Shown in pieces: positions 8,374 through 15,669 of a stretch of DNA of 32,324 bases; the stretch's first letter is position 1, and every line of letters starts with the position of its first letter. The position numbers were made by a program, and so were the translations under genes. The stretch is from a virus (taxonomy: Duplodnaviria > Caudoviricetes): IMG/VR virus record IMGVR_UViG_3300014208_000099, positions 1 to 32,324 of that record. The stretch is one strand, 5' to 3'. The notes below the pieces were generated by a model. That model was not told the origin of the DNA, searched no databases, and was given only the letters and a program-made list of their open reading frames with translations.

Positions 8374-8720
8374 TTCTCTACTTGAATAATTTGTAAATCC
8401 CAGTCGTCCACTATCCCTGACTCACAATCCTTACTTATATTCGTCACTGTCATCGTATACAACTTACCGTCTTCTATCCCGCCTTCAGGCGAAATTACTC
8501 CTTGACAATAAATCATATCGGGCAGACTATCTAACATACCCCCGCACTCTTCACAACCCGGGCAGGATTTTTTCTTAAGCAATCTTATCCCTTCTCTCCA
8601 TTCTACCCTGCCTCTTTTAATATCATAAAAAGAACTTGCATAACCCCGAAAGACAAGTCCCTTGCACTCATTTTTCAGACTCTTTCCTTCAGTTCTGATT
8701 GCTTCAGATAGATCAATCAT
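8370..8720 (-). CDS. Hypothetical protein with CPGCEEC motif
   Basis: Tightly packed ORF with overlap to the next gene. Confidence 0.65.
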   Translation of the reverse strand: MIDLSEAIRTEGKSLKNECKGLVFRGYASSFYDIKRGRVEWREGIRLLKKKSCPGCEECGGMLDSLPDMIYCQGVISPEGGIEDGKLYTMTVTNISKDCESGIVDDWDLQIIQVEK

Positions 8721-8721
8721 A

Positions 8722-8973
8722 TTATTTTATTTTAACTCTCCTTCTGATACTTGCAGAAGAATGATTCTCTTTATATATTATTGACAACGGGCATCGTTTT
8801 ATAATGTCAGAGACATTATAAAAATTAAGCTCTGCCTGACACTTACTTTTAAAAGTCCCTTTACACTTACAAATAATTTTTTCGCCCACCAAAAGTCTCC
8901 ACGCCCACCTGTTTGGGTTTTTTCTCATTGGATAGATTTCTATATTCTTTTGTTTTCTCATTTTAAACCTCAT
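8722..8973 (-). CDS. Small basic protein, weakly YegP/DUF1508-like
   Basis: WAWRLLVGEKIICKCKGTFKSKCQA pattern; start abuts the upstream stop. Confidence 0.5.
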   Translation of the reverse strand: MRFKMRKQKNIEIYPMRKNPNRWAWRLLVGEKIICKCKGTFKSKCQAELNFYNVSDIIKRCPLSIIYKENHSSASIRRRVKIK

Positions 8974-10038
8974 TTACTTATCGCATAAAGGACAAATTTT
9001 CGGAAAGATTTTATGAAAATGGTCTTCGGCTATCTTTAATTCCGCCTGCTCGATCTTTAATCTCTTATCGCTATCTGTTATGTCAGATATAAGAGTATAT
9101 AGATCCTGATATTCTTTCTTCTTTATATCCAATTGCTCTTTAAGAACAGATAGTCTCTTAAGTTCCACCCCGGCATCCAAGAACAAAGATAAAGAATCAA
9201 TCTCCTCATCACAAACAGCTATTTCCGCCAATATCTCTTTAAGTTGTTGATTTTTAGCCTTGGCCTTAAGGATAACTTGTCTTTTTTTCTCAAGCCTGCA
9301 TATCTCGTCTTTAGCTCCCATTAATGGAGATAGTTTGTTAAGTTCCACTCCAACCTGGCTCATCTCCGAGATAATATTTTCAAGCCCTTTAATTCTTGCC
9401 TCTATCAAATCCAGCTCTTTGTCTTTTAATTCAAGTCGGATCAATTCTTTTTCGGCCTTGTCTATCCAGTCAAAAGTTTTTATCTCCTCCTGGTGTATTT
9501 TATAAGAACTTTTTATCTCTGACAAAGTCCCGGAATCAATTCTTAAAAGTGCCGCTATATTGCTTTGTGCTCTATCAATAACCTCAAGATCAGCGGCCTC
9601 ATTTAAAAATCTGCCAACCGCCCCCGAACTTTGAGACAACATAAAAGGAAGAGACATTTGAGTTTGAAAATTCACATCTCCCAAACATAACAAATCCAAA
9701 ACCTCCTGTGGCGGGCCTCCTTTACCAAAAGCTCTGAACTCCTGAATATCCTGACCTTCCCTTTCTATATAATAATAATTGTCATCTTTATTCCTGACTC
9801 GTCCAATATGACATGGAGGATCTGTGATCCCAACCGCAACTTCCGTCTCCTTTGCCCATCTTGAACGAAAAACATCCCAAGAGACTTTGGGTTCATTTTT
9901 AAATAGCCACAACAATGCCCTGACGACAGCTGACTTACCACTTCTCGTATCTCCCACCAAGGCATTGACTCCTCCTGATAGTTCCAAATAAGTCTCGTCG
10001 TGAGATTGAAACCCTTTTATAAAAATGTCGGATATCAT
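8974..10038 (-). CDS. sbcC: SbcC/Rad50 (gp46-like) N-terminal half ending at the Zn hook
   Basis: IKGFQSH start, Walker A GDTRSGKS, Q-loop FQTQ, long coiled coil, terminal CPLCDK. Confidence 0.87.
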   Translation of the reverse strand: MISDIFIKGFQSHDETYLELSGGVNALVGDTRSGKSAVVRALLWLFKNEPKVSWDVFRSRWAKETEVAVGITDPPCHIGRVRNKDDNYYYIEREGQDIQEFRAFGKGGPPQEVLDLLCLGDVNFQTQMSLPFMLSQSSGAVGRFLNEAADLEVIDRAQSNIAALLRIDSGTLSEIKSSYKIHQEEIKTFDWIDKAEKELIRLELKDKELDLIEARIKGLENIISEMSQVGVELNKLSPLMGAKDEICRLEKKRQVILKAKAKNQQLKEILAEIAVCDEEIDSLSLFLDAGVELKRLSVLKEQLDIKKKEYQDLYTLISDITDSDKRLKIEQAELKIAEDHFHKIFPKICPLCDK

Positions 10039-10041
10039 ATA

Positions 10042-10470
10042 TCAACCCATCATTTTGTGATTCTTGCCATAAAGCATAGTAAGATATTGGGAGTAAATAT
10101 CAAAGAAAGCTTTTGCATCCATCACCACCAATTCATCAATTCTATTTCTCCTTACAAATAAGAGCCAGTCCGTTCCCTTTGCCTTATTTGCCTTTGCCTG
10201 TTCCGTCCAAGCAGGAATTGACCAAGTCTCCTGATATTTGCATTCCACGCTAAACGGGAATTTTTCCTTTGCCATCCCATACAGTTTGACATCCACTCCC
10301 GCCTGACCCATCTCCCGAGATTCAATCTGCGCGTCCTTGCCTGATTCGATCCCTGTTATCTCGGAGATCCTGTCCACCACCCAGTGTTGCAATCTGCGAG
10401 CTTTCCCTTTTGCAGACTTTCTTTTTATTTTCCTTGGCCTTGTTGTATTTGGTGCTTTTCTACGCCCCAT
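10042..10470 (-). CDS. Holliday junction resolvase-like PD-(D/E)XK nuclease
   Basis: KGKARRLQHWV, GVDV, SVECKYQE motifs; next to recA. Confidence 0.75.
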   Translation of the reverse strand: MGRRKAPNTTRPRKIKRKSAKGKARRLQHWVVDRISEITGIESGKDAQIESREMGQAGVDVKLYGMAKEKFPFSVECKYQETWSIPAWTEQAKANKAKGTDWLLFVRRNRIDELVVMDAKAFFDIYSQYLTMLYGKNHKMMG

Positions 10471-10485
10471 TATTTTGTCTCCTTA

Positions 10486-11670
10486 TCAGACAAATCTTCT
10501 CTTACGATCATGTAAACGGATATCTTTCTCTATTTGATTCCAAACCTGCCCCACAATTGTTTGTGTTTGGACTTCCAACCCTTCCCTTTCAATAAGGGAG
10601 ATAATCTCACTACGATACATTTTTTCTCCCCTTCCAAGAATTCCAGGAGCCTCCATATATGCCCCGACAGTCGGCCAATGTTTTGTAAATTTTAAAAAAT
10701 CAACGCAACTACAGACATCATCAATGCCAAGATCTTCATAAATATCAAAGTCGATTGACCTTCTCTTACCGGTAAGTTTATTTTTAACTACCTGGCAATG
10801 AGTCCTGCCACCGATTTTATGCTTGACCCCCATTGACTCTCCAGTTAAATTTTTACCTGAGTCAAGATAAACCCGGTGAAAACTATAAAAAAACGGAGCT
10901 TCTCCGCCACTCGTAATCCAGTCAGTCTCCCCGAAATTTTTATTAATCCTTTGCCGGGTTTGCTGGACGACAAAAAAAGCTCCATCAGTATCTTTAATAC
11001 GACCGTTAATCATCCGGAAAACAGCTCCTATTATACGAGCCTTCTCCGTTCCGTAAGATTTCTGGATCTCTTTAACCGCTTCATCGCTTTTGGCCATCTT
11101 GAGAGCATTCTTATATTCTCTCTCCAACTCCTGAGTAGAAGACAAAGAATCTAAAGAATCCAAAACATAAATAAAAGGCTTATTCCGGCTCTTTTTACCA
11201 ATACAGCGCAACAATATATTATTCTCCAGATCCTGTATCGTATTACTGTAAATCGGTTCATCTCCATCATAAGCAGGAGCGGCCAATCTTGTACTCAATC
11301 GCGGAAATAAATAATCCAGATTAAAAGACATTGTTCGCTCTGCGTCATCTAATATCAATTCATAATCATCAAAACGCTTATCGACAGCACAACTGGCCAG
11401 CATGGTAAGCATCAACTCGGTCTTACCACTTGCGCTTTTCCCGGGAATAGTGTTGATCGTCCCTAAAACAAAAGCGCCGAATGGATTATCAGAACAAGCA
11501 CAATTAAGTAAAGTCACCCCCGAAGGAATAAGTCTATCAGTTGAAATATCTCCACATTCCGGGCCGATCTGTTCCACAAGAAGTCCGCTATCCGTCTCCG
11601 CTCCATCAATGATCTGTTGTTCAAGAGACTTATTTGCCGGTATAGCCGCTCTTCGTCGTCTTACTTCCAT
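10486..11670 (-). CDS. recA: RecA/UvsX-family recombinase
   Basis: PSGVTLLN, Walker A GKSASGKT, DDAERT, Walker B VLDSL, SGGEA, VKNKL, GIDD. Confidence 0.88.
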   Translation of the reverse strand: MEVRRRRAAIPANKSLEQQIIDGAETDSGLLVEQIGPECGDISTDRLIPSGVTLLNCACSDNPFGAFVLGTINTIPGKSASGKTELMLTMLASCAVDKRFDDYELILDDAERTMSFNLDYLFPRLSTRLAAPAYDGDEPIYSNTIQDLENNILLRCIGKKSRNKPFIYVLDSLDSLSSTQELEREYKNALKMAKSDEAVKEIQKSYGTEKARIIGAVFRMINGRIKDTDGAFFVVQQTRQRINKNFGETDWITSGGEAPFFYSFHRVYLDSGKNLTGESMGVKHKIGGRTHCQVVKNKLTGKRRSIDFDIYEDLGIDDVCSCVDFLKFTKHWPTVGAYMEAPGILGRGEKMYRSEIISLIEREGLEVQTQTIVGQVWNQIEKDIRLHDRKRRFV

Positions 11671-11891
11671 TATTTATTCTTATCCTCCTCTTGTAAAAAG
11701 CGGATAAACGCCTCTTTCTTTATAAACCATCTGTGGCCAATACGCCTGCCAAAATCATTCTTCTTCGCCCATGCAATAAGAGTAGGTAAAGTCACCGAAA
11801 TTCCACGAGTCTCCACAGACATCAATTTTAATGCCTCCGTCGCTTTAATAAGATGCGGCTCATTTGTCTCCTGTTGTTTTTTCATAAACAA
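11670..11891 (-). CDS. Small HTH DNA-binding protein (excisionase/HTH_17-like)
   Basis: TLPTLIAWAK...GRRIGHRWFIKK wing pattern. Confidence 0.65.
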   Translation of the reverse strand: MFMKKQQETNEPHLIKATEALKLMSVETRGISVTLPTLIAWAKKNDFGRRIGHRWFIKKEAFIRFLQEEDKNK

Positions 11892-11904
11892 TTCCTTTTA
11901 AAAT

Positions 11905-11957
11905 AAATAATAAAGTGTATCTGACGATCACTTATCCAAAATCACCAGATACACTTT
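11905..11957 (-). terminator. Rho-independent terminator-like hairpin after the SSB gene
   Basis: 12-bp perfect stem 11912-11923/11946-11957, extended by G-U pairs only in minus-strand RNA, followed by a U-rich tail. Confidence 0.7.
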
Positions 11958-11966
11958 TTATATCTA

Positions 11967-13262
11967 TCAACCTCCCCTGACTCTTCTTGAAGTCCTTGGA
12001 GAAGACGATCTTGGCGGAGGCGTTGAAGTCGCTTGACCTGCCGAAGTCCCTACTGTTGTTCTGGTTCTTTCCGTTCTTGTTGATGCGGGAGGAGTTTCCT
12101 TCTCCTTTGTCTCTGCATCACGAAACTGCACAAAGGCCAACGAACAAGCCTCAAAAGTTTCATTATCGCAACTCTTTTCAGGATCTTGACCTTCACATTC
12201 CGGGCCGCTATTACAATCACGACCAAAAACCTTACCTGCCGGACAAACAGGGCCATCGTCCTGATTTTCAAGTTCGGGTTCGGGTTCGGGCGCCGGAGTC
12301 TGTTGTCTACCTCTACCAACAGTTCTGCCAGTTGCTGGCGGAGAAGAAGGTGCAGAAGAAGGCGCCGCTCCTCTTGTCCTGCCACCCCTTGTTGTTGAAG
12401 TTGCTGAAGAAGATGGTTTTTCCGCAGACTGACCGCCACTTGTCTCCGGAGAGTCTTCATCATCCTCATAAGCAAGATAAGCAAGTTTAACTTCTTCAGG
12501 TGTTGGGATTATCAACATCGAATCAAGAGGATAAACCTGTCTGAAAATTTCGTCAGTATAAACTTCCCTGTCTTCAAAAGATATGGCGGAGAGTTCAGGG
12601 AATTCCTGCTTGCCAAGAACCTTCTTTTTAAATTCGGCAATAATAGTCTTACCGAACTCAAGATCATAAAAAGGCACCGGGCCGCTCGTATCAAGGTTTA
12701 CAGCATCTATTAAATTAGCCCGCTGAGGATCATTTTTCGGAGTAGCTTCAAAGGTAAAATAACTTATCTCCATAAGCTGTATGCCTTTGTCGGGTTCATC
12801 ATAATTATAAATGTTATAAAAACATCTCCACCCCGGCCTCAAATCTTTTGCTTTTTCTTTTTCTCCCGCTTTATACGCATTAAACATTTCATCGCAAATA
12901 TAACACTTACCTCCGAAGGCTTCTCTCAAACAAAGAAGAGTGTCATTATTTGCACCAACCTTACGATGAACCGGGACTTGTAATTTATAATCAGACCAAC
13001 CAGGAGGTAACCCAATTGCCCGCCCCGAAAACATTCTCAAGCCAGCATACCAACTCTGGCTAATTTCAAAAGGGAGAATGTCTATCACATTTTTCGCCGG
13101 GAGATATTGAGGCATAAATATCTTGACTTCTCCAAGGCCCCTTCTCGAAAAATCAAGAACCGATTTTCTTCCCAGTCCCGTCTTGCCCTTGTCTTCGTAT
13201 TCCTGCCGTTGTCTTTGTTTCAGTCTCTCCCGGTAGGCGTCCGTCGTGTTTTCCGTTGCCAT
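11967..13262 (-). CDS. Single-stranded DNA-binding protein, gp32-like N-terminal domain with long disordered tail and Cys module
   Basis: VHRKVG...LCLREAFGGKCYICD metal site, RCFYNI; position between UvsY-like gene and recA; Ser/Thr/Pro/Arg-rich tail. Confidence 0.7.
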   Translation of the reverse strand: MATENTTDAYRERLKQRQRQEYEDKGKTGLGRKSVLDFSRRGLGEVKIFMPQYLPAKNVIDILPFEISQSWYAGLRMFSGRAIGLPPGWSDYKLQVPVHRKVGANNDTLLCLREAFGGKCYICDEMFNAYKAGEKEKAKDLRPGWRCFYNIYNYDEPDKGIQLMEISYFTFEATPKNDPQRANLIDAVNLDTSGPVPFYDLEFGKTIIAEFKKKVLGKQEFPELSAISFEDREVYTDEIFRQVYPLDSMLIIPTPEEVKLAYLAYEDDEDSPETSGGQSAEKPSSSATSTTRGGRTRGAAPSSAPSSPPATGRTVGRGRQQTPAPEPEPELENQDDGPVCPAGKVFGRDCNSGPECEGQDPEKSCDNETFEACSLAFVQFRDAETKEKETPPASTRTERTRTTVGTSAGQATSTPPPRSSSPRTSRRVRGG

Positions 13263-13392
13263 GTAATTCCTCCTTTTTCTTCTTAAAGTAATAGTTAATG
13301 ATAACTTTGCCCGAAGCCGATATAACAGCGGTCAGTAAAAATAACCAAAGGAATAATTTTAAAATACTCTGTGCACTTCCAAAATCTGGCAC
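13153..13392 (-). CDS. Small membrane protein
   Basis: GAGGAG RBS before GTG; TM segment LFLWLFLLTAVISASG followed by a Lys run; 3' end overlaps the ssb start. Confidence 0.55.
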   Translation of the reverse strand: MPDFGSAQSILKLFLWLFLLTAVISASGKVIINYYFKKKKEELHGNGKHDGRLPGETETKTTAGIRRQGQDGTGKKIGS

Positions 13393-13404
13393 TTTACTTC
13401 TCCT

Positions 13405-14028
13405 CTATATCATTCTGCGCCGTTGCGGTCGAGCGGGTTGAACTACTTTTCTTAATGTTATTTCAGTCTCTTCTCTTTTCGAATCTTGAACATTCAAATA
13501 CTCCTCAACCAAAGGTCTCGGTAATTTCGGGATTGCATAATAACCCTTCATCCAAAGTAAAACCGCTTGTTCTAAAGCAGGCTTCCTGTCAATCATTGTT
13601 TTAACTCCGGCATTATAAACCGCCACCCTTTTATTAGCCTTGATCAATTCGTCCTGAGCTTCGGACAATTCCTTAGCCAGATCAATACAATCTTCATCCT
13701 GCTTGGCTTCGACTAATAAAACAGACGCAATCCATGCCTCTGTCGTAGATATTTCTCCTTTCTTATTTATTGGAGGCTCGTAATCTTCTGGCTTTCTCCT
13801 GATTCTTAAGTCCAGTTTTGCTTTCGTCTCTGCCAAATTAGCTTTACAAATCTCCACTTTCTTTTTAGCCTTGTCCGCATCTTCCTCCGCCTGAGCCAAA
13901 AGAAGGTTATATGTGCCGCAAAGAGCCGGCTGTCTTAGCCATTCTTCATGAAGACGCATAACATCAATATTTTTATCTCTTTCATAATCCACATCGTCTT
14001 CATTAACCGGGTTCATTAATGAGTTCAC
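13405..14028 (-). CDS. UvsY-like recombination mediator (coiled coil)
   Basis: IDVMRLHEEWLRQP start, helical body, TEAWI and RKPALEQ motifs; clustered with ssb and recA. Confidence 0.6.
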   Translation of the reverse strand: MNSLMNPVNEDDVDYERDKNIDVMRLHEEWLRQPALCGTYNLLLAQAEEDADKAKKKVEICKANLAETKAKLDLRIRRKPEDYEPPINKKGEISTTEAWIASVLLVEAKQDEDCIDLAKELSEAQDELIKANKRVAVYNAGVKTMIDRKPALEQAVLLWMKGYYAIPKLPRPLVEEYLNVQDSKREETEITLRKVVQPARPQRRRMI

Positions 14029-14042
14029 ATTTATCTCCTTGA

Positions 14043-14339
14043 TTAAAGATTTCTTCTTCTACGAACAGACGGAGGAGCATCATCCGGCTCTGGCTCCGAG
14101 ACACAACCTTCTGACAATCCTTTGGAAATAGGTTCTCCCTGCCCTTCTAAAAAAGCCAGCAAAGAAGCTTGTTTACAACTTCCTATTAATCTTTTAACGA
14201 TATCCGCCTCCGCCTGTTCAGTATCGACAACCTCAGAGTCATCAACCCCAACCACTTCTGCCATCTCAACCTTACCATAAAGATAAGGCGCTAATTGATA
14301 TGGATAAGTCACCAGTACTCGGATCTCTTTAACCTTCAT
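14043..14339 (-). CDS. Hypothetical protein ending RRRRNL
   Basis: GGGAG RBS; tight packing. Confidence 0.65.
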   Translation of the reverse strand: MKVKEIRVLVTYPYQLAPYLYGKVEMAEVVGVDDSEVVDTEQAEADIVKRLIGSCKQASLLAFLEGQGEPISKGLSEGCVSEPEPDDAPPSVRRRRNL

Positions 14340-14348
14340 TATCTCCCC

Positions 14349-15275
14349 CTACATAGTGCAAGTTTTAAAACAAGCCATGATTAAATCATTTACTCCATTA
14401 TCGTAAAATGGCTTTTTAAAATCATCATAAATCAAAGCCGCTTGAAGATTTCCCGATCTTTTAACCTCTGCACTCATCCAAGCAGTAACTGCTCTTCGGA
14501 TGCCTTCGGGTTTAGAAGTGTCCATCTTATCTAAAATCCCATTTACTCTCTTCCAAGATTGTTTGGTTAACAAAGCCTTGCACAGATCAACAATACTGGC
14601 ATCCGCCACCCTTAAATCCTGTATGGCCGCAAGAACCTTGTCTTGTGGGAGATCAATTATCTCGTCTAATATCACAAGAGCCTGACGCGGACAACCAGAC
14701 GAGACTTCCGCAATTTGTTTCAAAGCTCCGGCAGGGTAATCATCTACAAATACTCCTTCTTCAGTTAAAACCCAAGTCATTAAAGAGACAAGTTGATTTT
14801 CTGTAAGAGGCAAAACCTCAAACATAGTACATCTGTTTCTAACCGTGGCCAGAAGCTTTGTTGGATCTGTTGTACAAAGAATAAAATAAACGTGTTCTGG
14901 AGTATCTTCAAGTGGCTTTAATAATGCATTCTGGAAATCAGGAGAAGTTTGATGAACCTCATCAAGAAGATATATACGACATTTGCCTCCCGGCGACATT
15001 GGCAAATACTTCATTCCATCCATTATCAAACGAGCCGTCTCTATTCCACGATTATTTGCACTATTTATCTCGAGATAATCCTGCCCTAAACAGCCAAGCA
15101 TATCCCTGAGTATCCGGCCAAAAGTCGTCTTGCCACAACCAGTCGGCCCTTGGAATAATACAGCTTGCGGGAAAGGAGTTGATGAATCAAATTTACTTTT
15201 AATAGTCGCCACCATTCCCTCATTGCCTATAACCTCTTCAAAATTCTTAGGTCTGTATTTCTTATATAAACTCAA
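14349..15275 (-). CDS. dnaX: DnaX-like (gamma/tau) AAA+ clamp loader
   Basis: LYKKYRPKNFEEVIGNE, GPTGCGKTT, LLDEVH, NALLKPLEDTP, NRC sensor. Confidence 0.9.
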   Translation of the reverse strand: MSLYKKYRPKNFEEVIGNEGMVATIKSKFDSSTPFPQAVLFQGPTGCGKTTFGRILRDMLGCLGQDYLEINSANNRGIETARLIMDGMKYLPMSPGGKCRIYLLDEVHQTSPDFQNALLKPLEDTPEHVYFILCTTDPTKLLATVRNRCTMFEVLPLTENQLVSLMTWVLTEEGVFVDDYPAGALKQIAEVSSGCPRQALVILDEIIDLPQDKVLAAIQDLRVADASIVDLCKALLTKQSWKRVNGILDKMDTSKPEGIRRAVTAWMSAEVKRSGNLQAALIYDDFKKPFYDNGVNDLIMACFKTCTM

Positions 15276-15631
15276 ATCATTCTCCTCCTTCTTATTGTCG
15301 ATTGCGATTCTATATTCGGGTCAGGATCAACCTTCTGATCAGAATCAAATCTCTTTGATCTCCTTTTTGCTACTTTTTTATCTCCCCCGCGGTGTCTTCT
15401 AATAATGATCTCCCCGGCCGCTTCTCTTTCTGCTTGTCTTCGTTCAACCAAAGCCAAGGAAATTTCTCCCATTCTAATTCTAAACTCATCACAGGTACAA
15501 CCCTCATGAATGCAAATATTAATGTCTCTGTTTGGCCCAACCCCACTCGCAACAATGCCCTCATACCTTGACACTTTTTCCTTCGGACACCAAATATAAT
15601 TAGATCCCATATTCGTATTTCCACCTCCCAT
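15272..15631 (-). CDS. Hypothetical Cys-containing, Arg-rich protein ending RRRRMI
   Basis: WCPK...CIHEGCTC; 4-nt overlap with the dnaX start. Confidence 0.55.
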   Translation of the reverse strand: MGGGNTNMGSNYIWCPKEKVSRYEGIVASGVGPNRDINICIHEGCTCDEFRIRMGEISLALVERRQAEREAAGEIIIRRHRGGDKKVAKRRSKRFDSDQKVDPDPNIESQSTIRRRRMI

Positions 15632-15669
15632 TATATATATTATATAAAGAAAGATTGTTTTTAGGAAAT

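Noticed and set aside
6177-10038. Wadjet (JetABCD) or other SMC defence system from the SMC-like halves plus the TOPRIM gene
   Set aside because: Zn hook and adjacent Mre11-like nuclease indicate SbcCD; the TOPRIM gene is about 19 kb away and no kleisin or KITE genes were recognised
12273-12296. TTCGGG tandem repeat in ssb
   Set aside because: Simply encodes the PEPEPE linker
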